A DNA stretch of 59,763 nucleotides, filler included. It is 4 parts of 4 records of this genome, joined end to end, with 100 filler letters (N's around TTAATTAATTAA, not from the genome) between each part and the next. Parts side by side here need not be neighbours in the genome. Positions count along the whole stretch, not along the records: positions 18,974 to 28,275 come from SRR22947727_446; positions 28,376 to 41,044 come from SRR22947727_450; 2 more parts are not named here. The stretch is one strand, 5' to 3'. Within the stretch, counting starts at the first letter, position 1; each line of letters starts with the position of its first letter. Positions 19,457 through 29,641 of this stretch are shown in pieces. The position numbers and the translations under genes are program-made. A model generated the notes under the pieces. That model made no database searches and was not told the origin of the DNA. It saw only the letters and a program-made list of their open reading frames with translations.

Positions 19457-20287
19457 TCATTTTATATTACCAAGTATCTCTTGTTCTTTTTGAGCCCAAA
19501 GTCTTTTTTGGTACCTGTTAGATAATATATCAGTTACTATAAGAACACCTACAACTAAGTAAAAACTAGACTTGCTCATGGCATCTATAGGAAAGTTAAA
19601 TAGCTTTAAATGTGATAGGTGAGCACCTTCAGTTACCAGAAGAACGCCTACAAGAAAAAGAATAAAAAGACCAAGAACTTCATACATTCGGTTTTTTTTC
19701 AAAAACTCTGTTACTGCGTCAGCCATAAAAATCATAGCTAGACCGGATAATACTATTGCTATGACCATTAATGGGACTTGATATGTAACAATGCCGTCTG
19801 CATCAACCTCTGAAGCAATAGCCATGGCGGAAAGAATAGAATCTACTGAAAAAACGAGATTCATTAGAACAATCAGAACAATTGCTTTTGCTACAGAACG
19901 ACGCCCAGAGCCTTCTGTATGCTCTATATGCTCAACAATAAGCAAATGATGTATTTCTTTTATTGCAGTGTAAATAATAAAGGCGCCACCGAAGAGAGTA
20001 ACAAGAGACTGCATTGTAAATTCACCCTCAATGAATTTTTCTAATTGAACCGAAAATAAGGGAGCAGCCATTTTCTGGAACAACGAAACAATTATAAATA
20101 ATAATAAAATTCGAAATAAAACCGCAATGCCTATACCAAGCTGGCGCACCTTTTTTGCATCTTTAGCATTTCCAACCTTATTACTTTCGATTGCAATGTA
20201 GAGCAAATTATCAAAGCCAAGAACTGCTTGAAGTAGAATAAGCATAAAAAGCGTTAAAAAAGCTTCAATCGTTAATAAGTCACCCAT
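19457..20287 (-). CDS. TerC family membrane protein
   Basis: QAVLGFDNLLYIAI, NLVFSVDSILSA, LFILFLVGVLLV.EG. Confidence 0.9.
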   Translation of the reverse strand: MGDLLTIEAFLTLFMLILLQAVLGFDNLLYIAIESNKVGNAKDAKKVRQLGIGIAVLFRILLLFIIVSLFQKMAAPLFSVQLEKFIEGEFTMQSLVTLFGGAFIIYTAIKEIHHLLIVEHIEHTEGSGRRSVAKAIVLIVLMNLVFSVDSILSAMAIASEVDADGIVTYQVPLMVIAIVLSGLAMIFMADAVTEFLKKNRMYEVLGLFILFLVGVLLVTEGAHLSHLKLFNFPIDAMSKSSFYLVVGVLIVTDILSNRYQKRLWAQKEQEILGNIK

Positions 20288-20330
20288 AATAAAACTCGCT
20301 ATATCATTTTTGTTTTTTGGTTAGCTTTAA

Positions 20331-21017
20331 TTACATAACCCCAGAAGTATTGCCAGTTGGCCCATTAGAAATGTGATCTGCAACAAATGGATTATCTTTT
20401 CGTTCCTGCCCAAAAGTACTCATTGGACCATGACCTGGGATAAACCTCATATCATGCCCAAGAGGCCACAACTTTGTTTTAATAGAGTCTATAAGCTGTT
20501 GTGGATTGCTTCTTGGAAAATCAGTTCTCCCAACTGATCCGCGAAACAATACATCACCAACAAATGCAATCTTTAAGTTTTTATTGTATATAACAATATG
20601 CCCTGGAGTATGGCCTGGAGTATGAAGTACTCCAAACTCAGTACCTCCGAGACTCAAGATCTCTCCGTCCTCAAGGTATCTATCAGGCACTATATTCTTC
20701 CCCATACCAGCGTGACCATATTGTGACCAGCTCTGCTCAATTGTATCCATCCAAAATTGATCTTCTTTATGAGGCCCTATAACAGGAACATCTAATGCCT
20801 TTCGAATATCTTCAGCCCCTCCAGCATGGTCAAGGTGTCCGTGCGTAAGCCATATTTCCTTAATATCTATTCTTAGCTCTTTTGCTGTGTTCATGAGTTT
20901 TTCTGGTTCCCCCCCAGGGTCAACTAATACACCCTCCATGGTATCAGTATCCCAAAGCAAACTACAATTCTGCTGAAAAGGAGTCACCGGTATTAATCTT
21001 AAATCAAGTTTTGACAT
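20331..21017 (-). CDS. MBL-fold metallo-hydrolase (glyoxalase II / YcbL-GloC-like)
   Basis: PVTPFQQNCS, THGHLDH, HTPGHTPGH, GDVLF.GSVGRTD, PGHGP. Confidence 0.92.
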   Translation of the reverse strand: MSKLDLRLIPVTPFQQNCSLLWDTDTMEGVLVDPGGEPEKLMNTAKELRIDIKEIWLTHGHLDHAGGAEDIRKALDVPVIGPHKEDQFWMDTIEQSWSQYGHAGMGKNIVPDRYLEDGEILSLGGTEFGVLHTPGHTPGHIVIYNKNLKIAFVGDVLFRGSVGRTDFPRSNPQQLIDSIKTKLWPLGHDMRFIPGHGPMSTFGQERKDNPFVADHISNGPTGNTSGVM

Positions 21018-21093
21018 CCATTACTTTCTTATCATTAAAGCGTTAGGTTACAGTTTTTTAAGGTTACTGTAATCCCCCTGTTATAATCAAAAG

Positions 21094-21167
21094 GTTATAA
21101 GTCACATATCCACTATATTGGATCCCCTTCGAACTGGTGGCGAGGTTAAGGCCTTGCCACCTTTTTT
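21094..21167 (+). ncRNA. Candidate small RNA (unverified)
   Basis: Extended -10 TGTTATAAT at 21079-21087 and an intrinsic terminator at 21136-21167, both on +, between two minus-strand genes; 5' end inferred. Confidence 0.35.
21136..21167 (+). terminator. Intrinsic terminator
   Basis: GGTGGCGAGG / CCTTGCCACC stem followed by T6. Confidence 0.75.
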
Positions 21168-21177
21168 GTAAGCCCTT

Positions 21178-22656
21178 TTACCTTAACATTGATTTAACTG
21201 AAGCAACTAAATTATCACGCGGGACTTCTAGCTGTGCAGGCCGGCTGGATTTCCACTCTTCATTTGAGCTAATAGCTTTGGCCATTTCCGCCCCTAAGTA
21301 TAAATCTTTAAGCGTCACAACTCCACTTTTAAGTTCGTCTTCACCCATCAAAATAGCAATTTGACTAGAGCGCCTATCGGCATACTTCATTTGTTTTGTA
21401 ATATTACCGGCACCAACAAAAACCTCAGTCCTAATTCCTTCGGCACGCAACTCAGCAGCCATTCTAAAGTAATCTCCCATCAACCTACGATCAAAAGCAC
21501 ATATAATGACAGGAGGCTTCGAGATGTCCTCTAATGCATTCATTCGTTCTAAGGCAGATAAAAATCTAGAAACCCCAAAGCTAAATCCAGTTGCAGGAAC
21601 AGGCTGACCCCTAAATCTTGAAACAAGGTCATCATATCTACCTCCACCTCCAATAGATCCTACTCTTACTGGGCGACCTTTTTTATCACGAATGTCTGCA
21701 ACTAATTCAGCTTCAAAAACTGGTCCAGTATAATACCCGAGTCCTCTCACTATGGATGTATCAAAAATAACTTTATCAGGCCCATAATCCGTTGCGTTTA
21801 AAATATTATCTATGGCGATTAATTCTTCACAACCTGACTTTCCCTGCTCTGAGATACCCATTATCTTTTCAAGATTCATTATTGTATCAGAACGGTCCAA
21901 ACTTGATGCATCAGTAAATTTCAGAACAGCATCTATTGCAGAAGATTCTAACCTCGCACCTTTTGTAAAATCACCGCTGCTATCTTCTCTGCCCTCACCT
22001 AACAAGCTTTTAACTCCATCAGGTCCAAGTCTATCTAATTTATCTATCGCTCTCAAAACTTGAATTTTCTGGTAGTCCCCTTCAGTAGTATTGGGCACGC
22101 CTGAACTCTCAAGAATACCATCGAGCAATTTGCGATTGTTAACCCTTACTAGATATTGCCCATTTTTTAAGCCAGCGGCACGCATTACTTCTGTAGCTAT
22201 AACAATCATCTCAGCATCAGCTGATATACTTGCAGCGCCGACACTATCTGCATCGCACTGCACAAATTCACGGTACCTTCCAGGTCCTGGTTTTTCATTT
22301 CTATACACAGAGCCTGATTGATATCGCCGGTAAGGCTTAGCTAAGCCATCATAGTTCTCAGCAACAAATCTTGCCAGTGGAGCTGTTAAGTCATAACGCA
22401 AAGAGAGCCATTGATTGTCATCATCCTGCAAAGCAAAAACTCCAACATTTGGGCGGTCTTCATCTGGCAGAAATTTACCTAAAACATCGGCATATTCCAG
22501 TGCAGGAGTTTGCAAAGGCTCAAAACCATATAAATCGTAAACAGAATATGCAGCTTGTATAAGTCTACGCTCAGCTCGCAATAAATCAGCTGGCTTATCT
22601 TCAAAGCCTCTTGGTCGCCGTGCTTTGGGTCGTTGGATTTTATTCTTTTTACTCAT
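21178..22656 (-). CDS. hisS: Histidine--tRNA ligase
   Basis: PRGFED, LRYDLTAPLAR, RNEKPGPGRYREFVQCDAD, IVRGLGYYTG, GGGRYD, KQMKYADR. Confidence 0.98.
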   Translation of the reverse strand: MSKKNKIQRPKARRPRGFEDKPADLLRAERRLIQAAYSVYDLYGFEPLQTPALEYADVLGKFLPDEDRPNVGVFALQDDDNQWLSLRYDLTAPLARFVAENYDGLAKPYRRYQSGSVYRNEKPGPGRYREFVQCDADSVGAASISADAEMIVIATEVMRAAGLKNGQYLVRVNNRKLLDGILESSGVPNTTEGDYQKIQVLRAIDKLDRLGPDGVKSLLGEGREDSSGDFTKGARLESSAIDAVLKFTDASSLDRSDTIMNLEKIMGISEQGKSGCEELIAIDNILNATDYGPDKVIFDTSIVRGLGYYTGPVFEAELVADIRDKKGRPVRVGSIGGGGRYDDLVSRFRGQPVPATGFSFGVSRFLSALERMNALEDISKPPVIICAFDRRLMGDYFRMAAELRAEGIRTEVFVGAGNITKQMKYADRRSSQIAILMGEDELKSGVVTLKDLYLGAEMAKAISSNEEWKSSRPAQLEVPRDNLVASVKSMLR

Positions 22657-22709
22657 AAATATGGTTTAGTGTTTTTTTTATCGTGATGAAAGAGAAGATG
22701 TTAGGTTAT

Positions 22710-23657
22710 TTAAGTCTTGTTACCAAGCTTACATTCTATCGCATCCCAAGCTAATGCAGCAGCATCAATGCCGGTAAATCTCTTGAGCTCCTGCACACCA
22801 GTAGGACTAGTTATATTTATTTCAGTCATCTTATCGCCTATCACATCGATTCCAACTAAAATTTGGCCCCTCTCTCTTAACATTGGACCTATAGCTGCAC
22901 ATATATTTAAATCAGAGGCCGTTAGATCAGTAGATGTAGCTAAGCCTCCTACATGCATGTTCGAACGCATTTCCCCTTTTTGAGGGACCCGGTTTATTGC
23001 CCCGACAGGCTTACCATCAATAATGATTATACGCTTGTCGCCCTTTTCTACATCTTTAAGGAAAGCTTGGACAATTACTGGTTCTCTTGAGTTTTCCATG
23101 AACATTTCTATAAGTGCGGAATAATTGCTATCCCCTTCTTTGACCAAAAATACCCCAGCCCCACCATTTCCGTAGAGAGGTTTCAATATGATATCTTTAT
23201 GTTTAAATCTGAATTTATCTATAGAAAAGCGGTCTCGTGTAATCATAGTTTCAGGCATTAGTTCAGGGAAATCTAATGGTAAAATTTTTTCAGGACATGC
23301 GCGAACCCATTTTGGATCATTTACAACAAGTGTGTGAGGGCTCAATCTTTCCAGTAAATGGGTGGCCGTTATATATGACATATCAAATGGTGGATCCTGA
23401 CGCATCCAAACCACATCAACGTCTAATGCTAAATTAATGATTTTTCTTTCTTCAAATGCAACATGGTTTTTACCATCTTGGTTTATGTGCATTTTTCGGG
23501 CCCGCGCCTGTACCAAACCCTCGTTATATACTAAGTTATCAGGTGAATACTCATACAATTCATAACCTCGAGATGATGCTTCTTTTGCTAACGCAAAGGT
23601 AGTATCAGCATTTATATCGACCTCTTCCATCGGGTCCATTTGAAAAGCAATGCGCAT
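22710..23657 (-). CDS. gshB: Glutathione synthetase
   Basis: AFQMDP, MRQDPPFDMSYIT, KPLYGNGG, GDKRI, RSNMHVGG, TEINITSPTG. Confidence 0.97.
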   Translation of the reverse strand: MRIAFQMDPMEEVDINADTTFALAKEASSRGYELYEYSPDNLVYNEGLVQARARKMHINQDGKNHVAFEERKIINLALDVDVVWMRQDPPFDMSYITATHLLERLSPHTLVVNDPKWVRACPEKILPLDFPELMPETMITRDRFSIDKFRFKHKDIILKPLYGNGGAGVFLVKEGDSNYSALIEMFMENSREPVIVQAFLKDVEKGDKRIIIIDGKPVGAINRVPQKGEMRSNMHVGGLATSTDLTASDLNICAAIGPMLRERGQILVGIDVIGDKMTEINITSPTGVQELKRFTGIDAAALAWDAIECKLGNKT

Positions 23658-23814
23658 GGTAGTTTCCCTATTAGCGATTTATCTATAACTGCAATAGCAG
23701 CGAGACTTGCGCAAGTACGTTAGTTAGTTCATTTAACATTATATAGTCTACAGTTAATAGATTACCTATACCTAGTCACAATACTAATGACCTATAAACG
23801 AAATTGAAAGAAAT

Positions 23815-24642
23815 ATGAAAAAAGAATTTAATATAATTTCAAGTACCGATAACTTTGAAATCAATGGCGAAATATGGCAAGCAAAAGATCCATTAGCAGT
23901 AATGATAATTATTCACGGTTTTGGTGAGCATTCCGGCCGTTATGAAAACATGGCAAAGCATATTACAAAAAATAATATTTCAGTCATTACATTTGACTTG
24001 AGAGGGCATGGTAGAGCAACTGGTCCAAAAGGGGTCTGTAACGACTATAATCTAATGACAAATGATATAACCGAAGTTATTGAAATGTCTCAAAATATAA
24101 ACTCTAAATTGCCACACTTTATATATGGTCATTCCATGGGAGGGGGTTTAGCTTTGCACAATGGACTATTTAAAACTGATGTAATTCGTGGATACCTTGT
24201 TTCCGCTCCATTATTGCGGCCTACAAAACCCATAAACGCAGTAATGAAAACTTTAGTGAAATTTATGAACTATATTCATCCTAATGGAGCACTTTCAAAT
24301 AAAATAAAAGGAGATCAAATATCTACTATAAACAAAGAACAAGCTAATTATGAAAATGATCCTCTTAATCACAGCCGATTAGGAACAGGTCTTGCAATTG
24401 CAATGATAGAAATGGGAGAGAAAATTCTTGGCCATAGGCAAGGCTGGACAAAAGATCTGTGTATGTGGCATTCAAAAATCGATAAGCTAACGGATTATGC
24501 CGCCACAGAAAAATTTGCTTCAAATGCAAAAAATACTAACTTTATTCCACTTGATTCAGTTGAACATGAAACTCACAACGACACGTCTCGTCAAAAAATT
24601 TATAAATTAATAATATCATTCATAAAAGATAGAGCACAATGA
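23815..24642 (+). CDS. Alpha/beta hydrolase (lysophospholipase / monoglyceride lipase-like)
   Basis: HGFGEHSGRY, DLRGHG, GHSMGG nucleophile elbow, HE near the C-terminus. Confidence 0.9.
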   Translation: MKKEFNIISSTDNFEINGEIWQAKDPLAVMIIIHGFGEHSGRYENMAKHITKNNISVITFDLRGHGRATGPKGVCNDYNLMTNDITEVIEMSQNINSKLPHFIYGHSMGGGLALHNGLFKTDVIRGYLVSAPLLRPTKPINAVMKTLVKFMNYIHPNGALSNKIKGDQISTINKEQANYENDPLNHSRLGTGLAIAMIEMGEKILGHRQGWTKDLCMWHSKIDKLTDYAATEKFASNAKNTNFIPLDSVEHETHNDTSRQKIYKLIISFIKDRAQ

Positions 24643-24983
24643 AACTCACTATATATCATTTAAAAAATTGTGACACTTGCAAAAAAGCAATTAAAGCTCT
24701 TGATGAAGCTGGGCATGTGATCTCACTTATAGATGTGCGATCAAACGGCGTCTCAAAGTCAGATATTTCACAAATAATGCAGGCTGTTGGGTGGAAAAAA
24801 CTATTAAACACCCGTTCAACCACATGGCGAAATCTTGATGAAACAATGAAAAACTCAATGGATGAGGTAAAAGCGCTGGAGCTTATGCATTCGCATCCAA
24901 CTTTATTAAAAAGGCCTATAATAAAGACTCAGGTTAATACTACTTGTGGCTGGACAGCTGATATTAAAGAGCAATTCCTTTAA
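24639..24983 (+). CDS. ArsC/Spx/YffB family protein
   Basis: CDTCKKA, LLNTRSTTWR, HPTLLKRPII. Confidence 0.9.
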   Translation: MKLTIYHLKNCDTCKKAIKALDEAGHVISLIDVRSNGVSKSDISQIMQAVGWKKLLNTRSTTWRNLDETMKNSMDEVKALELMHSHPTLLKRPIIKTQVNTTCGWTADIKEQFL

Positions 24984-24993
24984 ACTACTCCAA

Positions 24994-25896
24994 TTATTTA
25001 ATTATAACAGGTTCAGGGTCTTTATCTGAAAAATTGACCGGAATTTCTTTTCCAGACCGTGGGTCAACATAGTAAGGTACATCTGGCACTACGGAGGAAG
25101 CCGGCCCGCCAATATTATGTGGCAACTTCTTTTCGTTGAAGCCCGACAGACTGTCTTCTATTTCCATACTCGCAATTGAGTCTTGCTCAACAGAAAGCTT
25201 AGAGGAAGGGGGTTCTTCTAGGTCAGGAGCTTCAGGTTCAGTTGGGCTCTCTTTTAGAAAGCTAGGTAACTCCCTAAGAGGGGCAGGTTCGGTATCGTCT
25301 TGTTTGATGTCCGTATTGAATTGACGTTTTGGCAAATCAGTCCCAGCTATTTTTACATAGGAGATAACCTGGCGTGCGCCTCTTGTTCGACTGGCAATTT
25401 CAGCAACTCTTTCAAGCTCAGCTTGATCCCTAGCAACCCCTAATAAATACACAATGCCGTCATGACTTTCTACATTTATATTTCTACCTTTTACGTATCT
25501 GTCAGCGGTAAGCCGAGTTTTAACTAAGGTAGTTAAAAGACTATCTTTGGCATTTCTTACCATACCTTGTTTGTCTTTAATCAACACTTCATTACCAACT
25601 TGTTCAACTCGCGGAGCCGACCAAGCAATTCTTTCAGCCTCTATTCTATCTTCCTGGCGTTGTACATTTCCTGCGAGGAGAACAACTCCTTCGTTAACGT
25701 CAACATCTATTCCTTTAAGTTTATAACCTTCTGCTCTGGCCATTCTTGCACGAATAACGCGCTCTGCACTCACATCATGAATTGATCGAGCTAAGTTTCT
25801 TTCATCCCCCTTGGTAATACCCGCCGAGGTAACTGTGGCGCAACCTGAGAGAATAAGATAAAAAAGAAAAGGTATAAGAGCTATTAATTTTTTCAT
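24994..25896 (-). CDS. Dual-BON domain lipoprotein (DolP/YraP-like) with acidic Pro-rich tail
   Basis: Lipobox LSGC after MKKLIALIPF, two BON domains (GVVLLAG.V, GIVYLLG.A). ORF is open from 25941; ATG 25896 preferred. Confidence 0.85.
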   Translation of the reverse strand: MKKLIALIPFLFYLILSGCATVTSAGITKGDERNLARSIHDVSAERVIRARMARAEGYKLKGIDVDVNEGVVLLAGNVQRQEDRIEAERIAWSAPRVEQVGNEVLIKDKQGMVRNAKDSLLTTLVKTRLTADRYVKGRNINVESHDGIVYLLGVARDQAELERVAEIASRTRGARQVISYVKIAGTDLPKRQFNTDIKQDDTEPAPLRELPSFLKESPTEPEAPDLEEPPSSKLSVEQDSIASMEIEDSLSGFNEKKLPHNIGGPASSVVPDVPYYVDPRSGKEIPVNFSDKDPEPVIIK

Positions 25897-25976
25897 AGTG
25901 AGATGAATACTAAAGTATAGAAGTGAACTAAAAGTTACCAAAACTTAGTTCTGTTATAGTTTTTTACAACTGGATT

Positions 25977-26873
25977 CTATTTGCAACTTAAGCCCATCTG
26001 ATAAACATCTCTTTTAGTCCATCCGCTAACCTCAGAAATTTCATTGCTAGCATTTTTGAGCCCAAGCTCAGGAACTTGGTCCTTTAATGCGGATAAAACA
26101 TCATCCTTAGTCCATCTCTCTGTGGATTTTGGAGGGCCTAACAATAGAACTATTTCTCCGCGCGGATGAATATCAGTAACACTATGGATTATCTCAGTAA
26201 ATGTGCCGTAAATTCCATTCTCATATTTTTTTGTTAGCTCCCTTACCAATGCTACATCGCGATCGCCCAATTCTTCTCGCATATCCATAAGACACGACAA
26301 AACTCTCGGACCTGTTTCAAAGAAAATAAGAGTAGTATCAATTAATTTAAAACCCTTTAGAATTTTTTTTCTTGCAGCAGTTTTAGGGGGTAAAAACCCA
26401 GCAAACATAAACCGGTCAGATGGCAAACCAGATTTCACTAGGCCAGCCAAAACAGCTGAAGCACCTGGTAAAGGGAAAACTTCAATATTATTCTTCAAAG
26501 CGGTACGCGTTAGCTTAAACCCTGGATCAGATATTAGTGGGGTTCCCGCGTCAGAAATTAAAACAACTGATTTACCCGAAAGTAATTCTTTTAAAACAAA
26601 GGGTAATCGTTTTTCTGCATTATGCTCGTGGTATGACAATAAAGAACCATTTATATCATAAACAACAAGTAGTTTTTTGCTTTTTCTAGTATCTTCGGCC
26701 AATATTAAATCAGCCGCCCTCAAAGTATCAAGCGCACGAAGTGTTATATCCCGTAAATTTCCAATTGGGGTTGCAACAATATAAAGCCCCGGCCGTAAGA
26801 CAACAGAGTTTATTTCTGAATCCGTTTCTGCTTGCTTATAAGGCTCTGCGCTTTTAGTGTTATTATGTTTCAA
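25977..26873 (-). CDS. rsmI: 16S rRNA Cm1402 methyltransferase RsmI
   Basis: LYIVATPIGNLRDIT.RA, AEDTR, ISDAGTPLISDPG, RELTK.YE. Confidence 0.96.
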   Translation of the reverse strand: MKHNNTKSAEPYKQAETDSEINSVVLRPGLYIVATPIGNLRDITLRALDTLRAADLILAEDTRKSKKLLVVYDINGSLLSYHEHNAEKRLPFVLKELLSGKSVVLISDAGTPLISDPGFKLTRTALKNNIEVFPLPGASAVLAGLVKSGLPSDRFMFAGFLPPKTAARKKILKGFKLIDTTLIFFETGPRVLSCLMDMREELGDRDVALVRELTKKYENGIYGTFTEIIHSVTDIHPRGEIVLLLGPPKSTERWTKDDVLSALKDQVPELGLKNASNEISEVSGWTKRDVYQMGLSCK

Positions 26874-26892
26874 TTTTATGCCAATCTAATTT

Positions 26893-28248
26893 ATGAGAGC
26901 TATTATGGCGAATATTAAAGGCTTTGGCCATCAAGTAATTCTAATTCTCTCTCTATCATTTTTTATTATTTCTGGGTGTTCGACTGTTCCTGTTCCACAA
27001 GAGAATAATATAGAAAAAGAAGAGTACTCCAAAGTTATTACAGAAGAACTCATTGAAAATGTCACACCAGAAGTTCCATTACCTAAGCCAGTAGAAGATG
27101 ATAAAAAGAAATTTATAGATAAAGTAAATCAAGCCACACCCAAGGGGGCTCCTGAAAGCTCAATTATTAAATCGTCATACAATAATATAAGAAGGATATC
27201 TTTACTGCTCCCATTTTCCTCAAAATCCACCCGTTTAAGGGAAGAGGCGGAATCTATGCTAAAAGCAGCTGAATTAGCTATTTTTGATCTAAATAAAGAT
27301 GACATATTATTATCAGTACATGACACCGCAGGAACTGAGGAGGGATCTAAAAAAGCGACTAAATTAGCCATTGATAGAGGCGCGGACCTTATAATTGGTC
27401 CTATTCTCGCCAGTTCCGTAAAAATTAGCTCAATACAAGCTAAGCAAAACAACGTACCCATAATTGCGTTTTCATCCGACATAAAAGTGGCATCGAAAGG
27501 TACATATTTGCTATCTTTCCCACCTGAACCAGAAATTAATCGATTAATAAATTATACTACTTCCAAAAGACTAAAGCGTTATGCGTATTTAGGGCCAGAA
27601 AGTAGGTATGGGCTAAGAATACAAAAAGAGTTTATTGACACTGTAGCTAACAATGGGGGTAGAGTAACAGGGCTAGAAACATATAAGGGTAATGACATCT
27701 CAGTAATGCAAGAACCTGCAAAAAAACTAGCAGACCTCTACCTTAAGGGCGTAAAGGAAATGAGAAGAAATAATGGTAGAGGGCTAATGTCATATGATGC
27801 AATACTTCTACCTGAAGGAGGCACATCCTTATTGTCTCTTGCACCATTACTACCCTATTTTGACGTAGACCCAACTAAAGTACAGTTTTTAGGTACTAGT
27901 CTATGGAAAAACGAGGAGACAGTAAGAGAGCCCGCTTTAAACGGGGGTGTTTTTGCAGCTCCCGACGATAAAAATACAATAAAATTTCTTTCCCATTACG
28001 AAGCAGTATTTGCAGAAGAGTCATCACGCCTTGCACCACTAGCCTATGATGCCTTAACGATAAGTGAGTTGGTAACTCGCAATTCATCAAATACAATCAT
28101 AGAAAATATTGAAAGCATTGAGGGTTTTAATGGTATTAATGGTTTAGTCAGGTTCGGAAGTGATGGCATACCTGAACGAGGGTTAGCAATTTATAAGATT
28201 GAAAACGGTCGTTTTAAGATTATCAGCCCTGCGCCTAAAAGTTTTTAA
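26893..28248 (+). CDS. LppC/LpoA-like penicillin-binding protein activator lipoprotein
   Basis: Lipobox ISGC, LLLPFS, IIGPI, LAYDA, F.GINGLVRF..DG.PERGLA; divergent from rsmI. Confidence 0.82.
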   Translation: MRAIMANIKGFGHQVILILSLSFFIISGCSTVPVPQENNIEKEEYSKVITEELIENVTPEVPLPKPVEDDKKKFIDKVNQATPKGAPESSIIKSSYNNIRRISLLLPFSSKSTRLREEAESMLKAAELAIFDLNKDDILLSVHDTAGTEEGSKKATKLAIDRGADLIIGPILASSVKISSIQAKQNNVPIIAFSSDIKVASKGTYLLSFPPEPEINRLINYTTSKRLKRYAYLGPESRYGLRIQKEFIDTVANNGGRVTGLETYKGNDISVMQEPAKKLADLYLKGVKEMRRNNGRGLMSYDAILLPEGGTSLLSLAPLLPYFDVDPTKVQFLGTSLWKNEETVREPALNGGVFAAPDDKNTIKFLSHYEAVFAEESSRLAPLAYDALTISELVTRNSSNTIIENIESIEGFNGINGLVRFGSDGIPERGLAIYKIENGRFKIISPAPKSF

Positions 28249-28275
28249 CTCAAATTAAATTAGTATTTCTCTTGT

Positions 28276-28375
28276 NNNNNNNNNNNNNNNNNNNNNNNNN
28301 NNNNNNNNNNNNNNNNNNNTTAATTAATTAANNNNNNNNNNNNNNNNNNNNNNNNNNNNNNNNNNNNNNNNNNNN
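28276..28375. other. Artificial contig spacer
   Basis: N44-TTAATTAATTAA-N44. Confidence 0.99.
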
Positions 28376-29637
28376 GGGGTGATGAAGGAAAAGGCAAAAT
28401 AGTAGACTGGCTCTCAAGCAGAGCAGACGTTGTAGTAAGGTTTCAGGGTGGCCATAACGCTGGCCATACGCTCGTTGTTGATGGTATTACTTATAAGCTC
28501 TCTCTTCTTCCATCAGGTGTAGTACGCGGCGGAAAATTATCCGTGATAGGAAATGGGGTCGTTCTAGATCCTTGGGCTTTTTTATCTGAAGTTGAGCGCA
28601 TAAAAGATCAAGGTGTATTAGTAACTCCAGAAAATCTTATGATATCGGAATCAGCATCATTAATACTTCCCATCCACTCTGAATTGGATGGAATACGTGA
28701 AAACCGTGTCGATGGTATAAAAATTGGAACAACTAAGCGCGGAATTGGTCCTGCTTACGAAGACAAGATAGCTCGTAGAGCAATTAGAGTATGTGACTTG
28801 CAGGATGAAAAACATCTCTTTTCGCGATTACAGAACCTTCTTCATCACCATAATGCACTTCGTAGAGGCTTGGGTCATCCAGAGACCAACGTTGATGAGT
28901 TACATAAAAAGCTATTGGAAATAGCCCCAAAAATTATCCCTTTTATATCCCCTGTGTGGAAATCATTGGATGAAGCTAGACAAAACGATAAGAAAATACT
29001 TTTTGAAGGAGCTCAAGGGGCTATGTTAGATATAGATCATGGCACGTACCCTTTTGTCACAAGTTCCAACACTATAGCTGGACAAGCAGCGGCGGGCTCA
29101 GGAGTTGGACCAGGTACGCTAAACTATATATTAGGGATAACTAAAGCTTATACGACACGAGTTGGTGAGGGACCATTTCCAACTGAATTAGATGATAGTG
29201 TAGGGCAAAGGCTTGGTGAGCGCGGGCATGAGTTTGGTACTGTTACAGGACGTCAAAGGCGGTGTGGCTGGTTTGATGCTGTAATGGTCAATCAAGCGAT
29301 AATCACTAGTGGAATCTCAGGAATATCACTTACTAAATTAGATGTACTCGATGGAATGAAAGAACTAAAAATTTGCATAGCTTATAAACTTGATGGTAAA
29401 ATTATTAAAAGATTACCAGCCAATGCAGCTGAACAAGCAAGAGTTGAACCCATCTACGAGAGTCTGCCTGGCTGGAAAGGTTCAACTAGGGGCGCAAGAT
29501 CTTGGGCTGAACTTCCAGCAGAGGCTGTAAAATACGTTCGGCGTGTAGAAGAATTGATTGGATGTCCAGTTAGTATGGTATCAACATCCCCCGAACGTGA
29601 GGATGTTATTCTGATGCGAGACCCTTTTAAGGGTTAA
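28376..29637 (+). CDS. purA: Adenylosuccinate synthetase (5' truncated by contig end)
   Basis: Frame from 28378 reads GDEGKGK.VD...[11 protein letters not shown]; also [44 protein letters not shown]. Confidence 0.98.
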
Positions 29638-29641
29638 TTAC

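Noticed and set aside
20602..20624. Direct repeat CCTGGAGTATG x2
   Set aside because: It simply encodes the conserved HTPGHTPGH motif of the MBL hydrolase
21137..21364. 75-aa plus-strand ORF overlapping the hisS 3' end
   Set aside because: It starts inside the terminator hairpin, is antisense to hisS and has no motifs
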